A DNA stretch of 64,000 nucleotides from Actinomycetota bacterium (lineage in GTDB: Bacteria; Actinomycetota; AC-67): the NCBI GenBank assembly GCA_036397035.1, contig DASWJS010000014.1, positions 36,014-100,013 of the forward strand. The letters run 5' to 3'. Each line of letters opens with the position of its first letter. Within the stretch, counting starts at the first letter, position 1. Below the pieces are notes generated by a model, which worked only from the letters and a program-made list of their open reading frames with translations, was not told where the DNA came from and did not search any database. A program made the position numbers and the translations under genes. Shown here piece after piece: positions 9,695 through 16,923 of this stretch.

Positions 9695-9918
9695 GAAGCG
9701 CGAATCACGACTCGATCCCGCTCGCTCGCGGGCGGGTCCCACCCCTGCCCGCGCATGGCATCGAGGTATCCCTCGATAGCCTCTTTCGCCATCGCCAGAG
9801 CGTCGTCACGACTCTCCCCCTCCGTGACCACATCCGGCAACTCAGGGACGAGAACGGTGAACCCACCCTCGTCTTGGGGAACGAGGATGACCTCGTACTC
9901 GCGCTCCCTAGCCATCAC
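9691..9918 (-). CDS. hicB: HicB-family antitoxin
   Basis: 75-aa acidic protein (EYEVILVPQDEGGFTVLVPELPDVVTEGESRDDALAMAKEAIEGYL) of the UPF0150/HicB-like type. Overlaps hicA. Confidence 0.65.
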   Translation of the reverse strand: MMAREREYEVILVPQDEGGFTVLVPELPDVVTEGESRDDALAMAKEAIEGYLDAMRGQGWDPPASERDRVVIRAS

Positions 9919-9982
9919 TCGATACCTCCTTCTCAGTCATTAGAGTCCGCCATCCGATTGGCTGCTCATCCTTGAGTCGTCC

Positions 9983-10016
9983 GCCCAACAGCCCGTTGCA
10001 CGCGCAAGTTAGACCG
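9983..10016. repeat. intergenic repeat element copy 1 (attC-like: GCCCAAC ... TTGCACGCGCAAGTTAGAC)
   Basis: 20/22-nt identity with 10604-10625. On the gene strand it reads GTCTAAC(TAA stop)-TTGCGCGTGCAAC-GGGCT-GTTGGGC. It lies between the DUF2442 stop and the hicB start. Confidence 0.4.
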
Positions 10017-10260
10017 CACTCGTGGCGCTCGCCCGCTCGTGGAGTGCCTCCGGAGCGATATCAGCGCCATTCGGCCACGTGATCGTGCCTGCTTCCACGA
10101 AGAATCGCTTGAAGAACTCGGGAGATCGCAGCGGTTCGAACATCGGTCCTGAGAGCCAGTCCTCGAAGTCCACGATCGAGTCCAAACCATCGTTGAACAC
10201 AACCCTGATCCGGAATCCGTCCACGTATTCAGCCGCGGTCACGAGCGGGAGCGGTTCCAT
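10009..10260 (-). CDS. DUF2442-family small protein
   Basis: 83 aa ending ..WPNGADIAPEALHE, typical of DUF2442. Immediately downstream of the DUF4160 gene, which is the usual pairing. Confidence 0.55.
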   Translation of the reverse strand: MEPLPLVTAAEYVDGFRIRVVFNDGLDSIVDFEDWLSGPMFEPLRSPEFFKRFFVEAGTITWPNGADIAPEALHERASATSAV

Positions 10261-10269
10261 GGGAGCATT

Positions 10270-10530
10270 CTACTGGAGCGGCTCGATCCGTTCGAGGCGT
10301 TCCCCGCCTCGCGCCCGATCCCAATCGGCGGCCAGTTCCACAGCGTGCGCCCGCGCCCACTCCTCGATGAGTCTCTTGGCGGTCCGAGACCGGAGCTGGC
10401 CAGCCAGCGGCGTTCCGTCGAAGGTGAAGGTCGCCTGTTCGCCCTGATGCTCCGCATGAAAATGGGGTGGAGCGTGGTCTCGGTAATACATGCGGATCAC
10501 GATTCCGAAGAACGTCGAGATGACGGGCAT
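10270..10530 (-). CDS. DUF4160-family small protein
   Basis: 86 aa with MPVISTFFGIVIRMYYRDHAPPHFHAEHQGEQATFTFDGTPL, the DUF4160 signature. Forms a putative TA-like pair with DUF2442. Confidence 0.55.
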   Translation of the reverse strand: MPVISTFFGIVIRMYYRDHAPPHFHAEHQGEQATFTFDGTPLAGQLRSRTAKRLIEEWARAHAVELAADWDRARGGERLERIEPLQ

Positions 10531-10558
10531 GCGGCGATCGTATCTCGCCGCAGGGACG

Positions 10559-10627
10559 GCCTAACGACCCGGCGCGTCAGCGGCCGGATGCCGCAGGCGG
10601 ACGGCCCCTTGCACGCGCGAGTTAGCT
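10559..10627. repeat. intergenic repeat element copy 2 (attC-like, ~69 bp)
   Basis: On the gene strand it reads AGCTAAC(TAA stop)-TCGCGCGTGCAAGGGGCC, then an imperfect hairpin GGCCG..CGGCC, then GTTAGGC. It lies between the Cys-rich gene stop and the DUF4160 start. Confidence 0.4.
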
Positions 10628-10993
10628 GGCAATCTCCGTGCTGATCGCATCGGGTTCCAGGATAAGGGCATGGGGCATCCAGCAGTCCGATTTCTCTGTG
10701 CCCACTGCGTGTCCTTTCCGGCAGAGGACGTTGGGACCGTCCAACCCGTCGAGACCACAGCACCCGTTCAGTCGGGAGGGGTCGTCCGTGCGTCGGATGT
10801 TCCTCGCATCGTGAAGATTCATGATTACTTTGCCCTCGGTTCCCGTGAAGAACGAGCCGTCCGAGAGAACGTAGCGTCCTTCGGGTACATGGGGTGCGTT
10901 ATCTGCATCGGATAGAGCGGTGAGATCGGCAAGCTCTTCGAGATGGCTCGAGAGCTCCGTCTTGCACAGCTGGCAACGAAACATGTGGCTCAT
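10622..10993 (-). CDS. hypothetical Cys/His-rich (probable Zn-binding) protein
   Basis: 123 aa with CQLC..(68)..GCCGLDGLDGPNVLCRKGH..DCWMPH. I do not recognise the family. The TAA stop is embedded in a repeated intergenic element. Confidence 0.4.
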   Translation of the reverse strand: MSHMFRCQLCKTELSSHLEELADLTALSDADNAPHVPEGRYVLSDGSFFTGTEGKVIMNLHDARNIRRTDDPSRLNGCCGLDGLDGPNVLCRKGHAVGTEKSDCWMPHALILEPDAISTEIAS

Positions 10994-11309
10994 CCGATGT
11001 TAGCCGGGTTAACTCCTTCTTGAAAAGACCGGGTTAACACCCGTCTGAGCAGATAACACCTAGTCGACGCGGGTCGAGGAGTCAGCTTGCCATGATTGAC
11101 TTGCAAGAACCCTCGCGCGAAGCCCTTTGGACATTTGTCCAGAGCGAGCTATGCGCTCGCGCCCAGCGGTTCGAGCGGGCGGGCGGGGATCGCCGGGAGC
11201 GGGGACTCGGTGGGCCCCTCGAACGGCGCGCCAGCGACGTGAGAGGGAGGACCGCAGTGAGCGAACTCGGTGACGCGGTCACGCGTCGCCGAGTTCGGGA
11301 ACGGGTCCC

Positions 11310-11332
11310 CGCGGAGGCGAGCCACGCCCGCC
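11310..11332. repeat. 23-bp perfect direct repeat, copy A (CGCGGAGGCGAGCCACGCCCGCC)
   Basis: Identical 23-mer at 14241-14263. Lies ~45 nt 3' of the 408-aa gene in a 380-bp noncoding stretch. Confidence 0.7.
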
Positions 11333-11375
11333 TGCGGACCCTCAGAGGAGAGGCAACCCGGCAGGCTCGCGCAGG

Positions 11376-12602
11376 TCAGGACTCTACGACGACGTCGATC
11401 CGGCTCGCGCGCAAAGGCAGGAAGCCAAGGAACGCGTACGTGCGCCGGATGGCGATCACCGTGGTGTCGTACCGATCTGCGAGCGCGCGCGCGGCGGCGG
11501 CCGGGCTCTTGCCCCGCGCGAGCGCCGGTCCGTCCTCGATCCCGATCAACTCGACTGTGGCGGTGACCGTGGCCTCGATGCGGCCGCGCCGCAGGACGGG
11601 CTCCTCCGGCCGAAGCGACCCCTCGACGATCGCATGCGCCTCAGGCAGCAGCGGCTCGAGCTGCTCGAGCGCCCGGTCTTCGAGCGCGCGAACGCTGAAG
11701 GCCGCCGCTCGCGCGTTGACGCGGGCCGTGACCGACGGCGTCGAGCACGAGTAGCAGTCGACCGCGTTCCATGCCTGCCCGTCCCGGATCGTGACCTCGC
11801 GATCGAGCATGATCGTGCCGTCGAACCCCTTGCGCGCGGCCGCGCGCTCGGTCCGGTCCCGGATCGCCGTCGTCGCCGCCTCGCGCGCGGCACGGCGAGC
11901 GGCTTCGACGTCGGGCACGCGAACCAGCGGTACGCCCGCGTCGCGTCCGCCCGTGATCGACTTCAGGTTCGCCGTGTACACGTTCACGCCGTCGAGCTGC
12001 TTGACCTCGGTGTACTCGACGTAGTGCTCGCCGGCGTGATTCGCGTCGTCGCCCGCCTCCAGCGCGACGATCGGAACCTCGAGCGAGCGCAGATGGCACT
12101 CCTCGGCGACGATGAAGAGCAGGAAGATGGGGAAGCCGCACCGCTCGCGCGTCGGCGAGATGCGCGCCGCCGCGGTGGTTCGGTACAGGACGTCGCCCGC
12201 CTCCAAGCACCGCCGATCGTTGTTCTTCGCATGCTTCGCGCACGACCCGACGATTGTCCCGGCCGGCACCAGGCTCGACGGCGCCTCCTGCTTCCGCTCC
12301 GAACACCCCCCGAACGGCTGGTTGCACGTGCGCGGACAACAGAAGAAGATCACCGACCCCTCCGCCCGAGCCGCCGTCGAGCGCCCCGTCGGCTCGACGG
12401 GGCGGGTCACGCTCGACGCCGCGGTCACCTCCGCCGCCGGCACCGACACGCGCGTCTGCACCTGCGCGGGAGCCGCCAGCACGACCGTCGCCCGCGGCGC
12501 GAGCGCGAACATCCCCGCCAGCGTCAGCACCACCGTGATGGCAGCCGCAAGCCAAAGAATCCGCGACTTCGTCCCCGTCCGAGCGTCCGAGTTCTCTGGC
12601 AT
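11376..12602 (-). CDS. hypothetical membrane-anchored Cys-rich protein
   Basis: 408 aa with an N-terminal TM/signal anchor (ILWLAAAITVVLTLAGMFALA) and a Cys-rich region. Overlapping ORFs in other frames look like Arg/His/Asp-rich frame artefacts. Function unknown; gene model uncertain. Confidence 0.35.
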   Translation of the reverse strand: MPENSDARTGTKSRILWLAAAITVVLTLAGMFALAPRATVVLAAPAQVQTRVSVPAAEVTAASSVTRPVEPTGRSTAARAEGSVIFFCCPRTCNQPFGGCSERKQEAPSSLVPAGTIVGSCAKHAKNNDRRCLEAGDVLYRTTAAARISPTRERCGFPIFLLFIVAEECHLRSLEVPIVALEAGDDANHAGEHYVEYTEVKQLDGVNVYTANLKSITGGRDAGVPLVRVPDVEAARRAAREAATTAIRDRTERAAARKGFDGTIMLDREVTIRDGQAWNAVDCYSCSTPSVTARVNARAAAFSVRALEDRALEQLEPLLPEAHAIVEGSLRPEEPVLRRGRIEATVTATVELIGIEDGPALARGKSPAAAARALADRYDTTVIAIRRTYAFLGFLPLRASRIDVVVES

Positions 12603-12676
12603 CGAGCCGTTACCCGGCGCGCTGTGTGCGGTTGAAGCGGACCGAGATAGACAACGAGCGCAACGGTGCGTTCAAG

Positions 12677-12910
12677 CTACCGCGCCTCGTCGAGTGGCCT
12701 GACGGCGATCACATCGCGTTCTTCGACTGGACGCACGTCATCGATCCTCAGAGTCAGCACGGCCTGCGTTCTTCCCGATCCCGTCACGAACTCGACCTCC
12801 AAGCCGTCGGGTTCGTAACGCTCGACCACAGTGCCAAGGTCACCACGACGGAGCCCGTGCTCCGGGACGTCTCGAGCAAGGACAACGGTCTGAAGCAGTT
12901 CATATCTCAT
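12677..12910 (-). CDS. DUF4926-family small protein
   Basis: 77 aa (MRYELLQTVVLARDVPEHGLRRGDLGTVVERYEPDGLEVEFV..) matching the DUF4926 pattern. 4-nt overlap with the upstream DUF6883 gene. Confidence 0.5.
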   Translation of the reverse strand: MRYELLQTVVLARDVPEHGLRRGDLGTVVERYEPDGLEVEFVTGSGRTQAVLTLRIDDVRPVEERDVIAVRPLDEAR

Positions 12911-13245
12911 GGCCTCGCTCCTGGGAACGCCGTCACGAACCTCGGGGCATCCTCACCCGTAAGGATAATCCAGACCGACACGACCTGAGCCTCCTTTCCG
13001 CCAGGCCCGCGCAACGGTCCGCTAACGGTGTATTTCCGGCCAAACGCCGTCTCTTCCATTGAAGCGATTCCCTCGACAGCGTGCATCCTGAGATCAGCGA
13101 GCAAGGTTCCCCACGCCTCGGGCGTATAGCCGAGAGCTGCGAAGAACTTCGCCTTGAACTGCCCAACTGGATGCGACGAAGACAGAAGGTAATCGCGTAC
13201 CTTGCGAGGCTCAACGACGGCCTCGTTGGCACCTTCGAACGACAT
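12907..13245 (-). CDS. DUF6883-family protein
   Basis: 112 aa with DYLLSSSHPVGQFKAKFFAALGYTPEAW, a DUF6883-like region. This family is commonly paired with DUF4926. Confidence 0.5.
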   Translation of the reverse strand: MSFEGANEAVVEPRKVRDYLLSSSHPVGQFKAKFFAALGYTPEAWGTLLADLRMHAVEGIASMEETAFGRKYTVSGPLRGPGGKEAQVVSVWIILTGEDAPRFVTAFPGARP

Positions 13246-13472
13246 CGCGCGACTCTACAGCGCCGCAGGGACACAACAGACCGACGGATCGGTTCACAGC
13301 ACGTGTCGACAGCGAGGACCAATCACGAGGTGGCTGTTTGGCCGCTTGCGCGCTTCGGTCGGTCGGCGTTCAACCGATCGTGCTCGTCACTACCCACTCC
13401 TTCTCTTCCAACATCTTTGGGACCTCCGTCAACGCGCGGCTGAGCGACGCTTCAATCCCCCCACGCTCAAAG

Positions 13473-13700
13473 CTAGCGAGCGTTTGAGGGCGGGTCACCG
13501 TCGTCCATGTTCTTGCGTACTGGGTTCCAGTAGAGGACGTTTAGCGTGGCGAGCGCGGCGAAGGCAAGCGCCTCCCACTGACGCGTGACGAAGAACCCGA
13601 TCACTCCGAACACCGCAAAGACCGAGCCGAGCACGACCTGCCACGTAGCGTGCCTTCCGACGCGCCGGCGGACCTTTTCGTCCCTCGGTTCCCTGAACAT
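13473..13700 (-). CDS. hypothetical small membrane protein (2 TM)
   Basis: 75 aa with a basic N-terminus and two hydrophobic helices. No recognisable family. Confidence 0.35.
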   Translation of the reverse strand: MFREPRDEKVRRRVGRHATWQVVLGSVFAVFGVIGFFVTRQWEALAFAALATLNVLYWNPVRKNMDDGDPPSNAR

Positions 13701-13806
13701 CAGCCGCTCGTTCCAATCCGCGGTCGCACGGCGTGCTCGCGTGAGCTATCCGTCACCGGAGAACATGCCCACGAGCGGTCGGAGCCCCTCGGGCTGCCTC
13801 ATCGAG

Positions 13807-13953
13807 CTATCGCGCAACGTGGCGCACCTCACCAAGCACTTGCCCGTTGGTCTCGCCGCGGAGCTTGAGGGGCATCAGGATCTGCGTGCCTGCATTTCCC
13901 GGTGCCCTGAAAGCCATCGGTGCGGTTGGGTGCTCGTCAAGCAGTACGCGCAC
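13807..13953 (-). pseudogene. DUF5615-like (Mut7-C/PIN-like) remnant, truncated
   Basis: GTG overlapping the DUF433 stop gives VRVLLDEHPTAP..., the start of the usual DUF5615 partner of DUF433. It stops after about 48 codons (full length is ~110 aa), and the downstream frames are broken. Confidence 0.3.
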
Positions 13954-14165
13954 GCGGAACTGCGCCCTCCAGGGCATCGAGAGCCTCGTTGACCTGCTCA
14001 CGAGTCACGGACGGAAACTGCTTCAGGAACTCCTCGACGCTGTAATCGTCTTCGAGATAGTCGATCAGGTTCCGAAGCGGCACCCGCGTGCCGACGAACA
14101 CCGGAGTCCCGCCGAGGATCTCCGGGTCAGAGTGCACGACCGAACTCAGATCACCCACGCCGTGA
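13937..14165 (-). CDS. DUF433-family protein (antitoxin-like)
   Basis: C-terminal ~75 aa of the track ORF (SDPEILGGTPVFVGTRVPLRNLIDYLEDDYSVEEFLKQFPSVTREQVNEALDAL) is a typical DUF433. Start codon is ambiguous (GTG or TTG around 14150-14190). Confidence 0.55.
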
Positions 14166-14240
14166 TCATACCGCCTCGAGTCGCCCTGCCTACCGCATTC
14201 GCCAGCGTCAGAGCGTATTCCCGCGAGGATCGTCGCAACA

Positions 14241-14263
14241 CGCGGAGGCGAGCCACGCCCGCC
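14241..14263. repeat. 23-bp perfect direct repeat, copy B
   Basis: Identical to 11310-11332. Lies immediately 3' of the GT2 gene stop (14272) at the right-hand edge of the small-gene island. Confidence 0.7.
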
Positions 14264-14271
14264 CGCATGGC

Positions 14272-15126
14272 TCAGATGATGGGCGGACGGCCCGCGCGGG
14301 TCATGCGGGCGACGGTGCTCCAGCGGATGGGTTTGCGCTCGCCCGCCGGCTCGCGAAAGCCGGCGCCGAAGCCGGCGAGGAGCGCGCGCGCGTCGGCGAG
14401 GGAGCGGGCTCGGGCGAGCGTGAGGACCATCCAGACCGCCACGTAGATCGGCGCGAGGAGCCACGGCAGGCGGCGGCGGGCGAGGAAGACGCGGTTCCGA
14501 GCAGTCGTGCGATGGAACCAGGCGTGGCGCTCGGCCGGCTCGGACGGGTGCGCCACCGCGAGGTCGCCCGCGTAGCGAACGGCATAGCCCGCGTCGAGCG
14601 CTCGCCAGGCGAGGTCGGTGCCCTCGTGGCCGAAGTAGAACTCCTCGGGATATCCGCCGACCTCGGCGAACACCGAGGCCCGGATGGCGCACGCGCCTTC
14701 CAGGAACGTCGTCGCATCGCTCGACCGGCGCGGGTCCCCCGCGCGCAGTCGGGGAACGTGACGGCGCTGGCCCGGCCGACCGCTCGGGTCGTCGATGCGA
14801 AACGAGACGATGCCGAGGCGCGGCTCGGCATCGAACCGGGACAGCGCCCGCGCGACGAGGTCGCGATCGGGATAGGACGTGTCGTCGTCCAGGAAGAACA
14901 GGACGTCGGCGCGAACGGCCTCGACGGCTCGGTTGCGCGCCGCGGCCGGGCCGACGTTCTCCGGTAGCGCGAGCACCCGCACGCCCGCGCCTACCGCCGG
15001 CGGCTCGCACCCGTTGCAGACGAGCCAGACCTCGGGCGAGCCCTCTTGCGCGAGCGCCGAATCCAGCGCGCGCGCGACCTCGGCGGGCCGGGACCCAGCC
15101 GTCAGGACGATGCAGGCCGCGTTCAC
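14272..15126 (-). CDS. glycosyltransferase family 2
   Basis: 284 aa from GTG at 15126 (GTGA overlap with the upstream stop). GT-A motifs: CIVLTAGSRP..., FFLDDDTSY (DxD), GGYPEEFYFGHEGTDLAWR. Confidence 0.75.
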   Translation of the reverse strand: MNAACIVLTAGSRPAEVARALDSALAQEGSPEVWLVCNGCEPPAVGAGVRVLALPENVGPAAARNRAVEAVRADVLFFLDDDTSYPDRDLVARALSRFDAEPRLGIVSFRIDDPSGRPGQRRHVPRLRAGDPRRSSDATTFLEGACAIRASVFAEVGGYPEEFYFGHEGTDLAWRALDAGYAVRYAGDLAVAHPSEPAERHAWFHRTTARNRVFLARRRLPWLLAPIYVAVWMVLTLARARSLADARALLAGFGAGFREPAGERKPIRWSTVARMTRAGRPPII

Positions 15127-15896
15127 CGCAGGCGCTTCGAGGCGAGGATCATCACGAAGTGACCGCCCGCGATCAGCGCCGTCAGGAAGAAGTAGAAGGC
15201 GACGAGGGGCAGGGTCACGTCCACGTGCCACCACATCGCGTCGAACACGCGCAGCACGCCGACGATCAGGGAGGCTTCGATCGCGCCGGTCAGTCGATAG
15301 AGGGGGAGCATCCGCGCGAGCCGCCGCGCCGCGCCCAGCCCACCCGAAGGAACCGACACGGCCTCCTCGTCGGCCGCGACCGGCAGGCCCGCCTTCGCGC
15401 GCGCGACGTGCACGAGGTCGGTCTCGACCTTGCCGACGAAGTGGAACAACGCCGCGCCCATGCCCAGCCCGATCCACGACGGGCTCCACACGCGCGCCGC
15501 GTAGATGCCGAGCGCCGCGAAGAACGACCCCTCGACGAGGTAGTGGCCGAGCCGGTCGATGAAGATGCCCGTCGCGCCGGTCGTCTGACGCCAGCGCGCG
15601 ACTTCGCCGTCGGAGCAATCCAGCAGCAAGTAGAGCTGGATCAGGGCCATGCCCTCGATCGGCGCGGTGGGGCCTTGCAGCGCGAACAGCAGCGCGCCGC
15701 ACACGCCGACGACGGCCATCGCGAAGGTGATGACGTTCGCGCTGAGGCCCGTGCGCACGAGCAGCCACGTGACGTAGATGCTCACGCGCCGGCCGTAGAG
15801 GCGGCCGGCCCAGTGCTCGCCGGAGTAGCGCGCGATCAGCCCGGGGGGCTGGCAGACGGCGCGCAGCTCAGCGATCGAAGGATTCGAGGAAGGCAT
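15123..15896 (-). CDS. CDP-alcohol phosphatidyltransferase family protein
   Basis: 257-aa polytopic protein with the family motif D-x2-DG-x2-AR-x8-G-x3-G-x3-D-x3-D (DCSDGEVARWRQTTGATGIFIDRLGHYLVE). Confidence 0.8.
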   Translation of the reverse strand: MPSSNPSIAELRAVCQPPGLIARYSGEHWAGRLYGRRVSIYVTWLLVRTGLSANVITFAMAVVGVCGALLFALQGPTAPIEGMALIQLYLLLDCSDGEVARWRQTTGATGIFIDRLGHYLVEGSFFAALGIYAARVWSPSWIGLGMGAALFHFVGKVETDLVHVARAKAGLPVAADEEAVSVPSGGLGAARRLARMLPLYRLTGAIEASLIVGVLRVFDAMWWHVDVTLPLVAFYFFLTALIAGGHFVMILASKRLR

Positions 15897-16923
15897 CCAC
15901 TCGGCTCCGCACCTCGTCGTGGCCGAGGCCGAGGTGCTCCAGGATCGTGTAGCGGTCTGGCCGGGTCTCGGGCGCCTTGACCACCGCGGAGGTGAAGTCG
16001 TCGGCGCCTAGGCCGAGGTCGCCCGGCAGCCGCGGCACGCCGTAGCGGCGCAGGCACGCGTCGAGGTCCGCGATGCCGGGGTCCGCTCGCAGGAAGCTCG
16101 CGAAGAGCGCCCCGACGGCCACTTGCTCGCCGTGCAGCCCGGTCCCGGGGAACAGCGCGTCGATCGCGTGGGAGATCTCGTGGCACGCGCCGCTGCACGG
16201 CCGGCTGCTGCCGGCGATTCCCATCGACAGGCCGCTCAGGATCAGTGCCTCGGCGAGCGCGGTCAGGAACGTCTCGGAGTCGATCGCGTCGGTCCGGCGC
16301 ACGACCGCCGCCGAAGCCGAGCGCGCGAGCGACACCGCGAGCCCGTCGATCGGCTCGCGCCGCTCGCGCGCGGCAAGCTCCCAGTCGGCGACGGCCGACA
16401 GGTTGGACACCGCGTCGCCGATGCCCGATCGCGTGTGCCGCTCGGGGCTGCGCGTGACGTAGTCCAGGTCCACGACGACCGCGATCGGAAGCTGCACGCC
16501 GTAGGAGCCCTTGCGGTCGCCGGTGCGAAGGACGGCGACCGGCGAGGCGAGCCCGTCGTGCGTGAGCGTCGTGGCGACCGAGACGAACGGCAACCCGACG
16601 GCGCTCGCCGCGTACTTGCCGACGTCGAGCGTGCCGCCGCCGCCGATGCCGACGACCGCGTCGTAGAACGAGCCGCGGAGCTGCTCGGCGAGGCGATGCG
16701 CCGACTCCATGCTGCCGCCTTCGACGGTGATCAGCTCGGCGCTCGGCAGGCTGCCCGCGAGGTGCGCGGCGATCTGCTCGCCCATGCCTTCGCCGACCGC
16801 GATCGCGACGCTGCCGCCCGCGGAGATGCGCCCGTCGGCCAGCAGCCGCGCGAGCCCTTCCACCGCGCCGCGCCGGATGTCCACCGCGATCGGAGCCGGG
16901 ATCGTGCGCGCGAGCAGCGGCAT
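15868..16923 (-). CDS. egsA: glycerol-1-phosphate dehydrogenase [NAD(P)+]-like (G1PDH/EgsA/AraM family, DHQS-like fold)
   Basis: 351 aa. GIGGGGTLDVGKYAASAVGLPFVSVATTLTHDGLASPVAVL matches the G1PDH signature (GGG..DV.KYAA...PFISVPT.ASHDGIASP). Metal-ligand His residues are present near the C-terminus (CHEISHAID, GLHGEQV). Confidence 0.7.
   Translation of the reverse strand: MPLLARTIPAPIAVDIRRGAVEGLARLLADGRISAGGSVAIAVGEGMGEQIAAHLAGSLPSAELITVEGGSMESAHRLAEQLRGSFYDAVVGIGGGGTLDVGKYAASAVGLPFVSVATTLTHDGLASPVAVLRTGDRKGSYGVQLPIAVVVDLDYVTRSPERHTRSGIGDAVSNLSAVADWELAARERREPIDGLAVSLARSASAAVVRRTDAIDSETFLTALAEALILSGLSMGIAGSSRPCSGACHEISHAIDALFPGTGLHGEQVAVGALFASFLRADPGIADLDACLRRYGVPRLPGDLGLGADDFTSAVVKAPETRPDRYTILEHLGLGHDEVRSRVDAFLESFDR

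Noticed and set aside
11160-11185. tRNA-like T-loop sequence (GGTTCGAGC) and a second one near 13361-13380 (GGCGTTCAACCG)
   Set aside because: No flanking acceptor, D-arm or anticodon stems can be built around them, and the 23-bp direct repeats do not resemble a tRNA 3' end. Not tRNA genes or tRNA-derived att sites.
11092-11754. 220-aa plus-strand ORF in the island
   Set aside because: Arg/Ser-rich composition. It runs antisense through the 408-aa gene and has no recognisable domain. More likely an open frame than a gene, though the first ~95 codons lie in the noncoding gap and cannot be fully excluded.
9345-14271. Integron integrase, transposase or phage integrase associated with the island
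   Set aside because: I searched both strands of the island and flanks for tyrosine-recombinase (R..H..R..Y) or DDE transposase-like ORFs and found none. If the island is mobile, the recombinase is outside this window.
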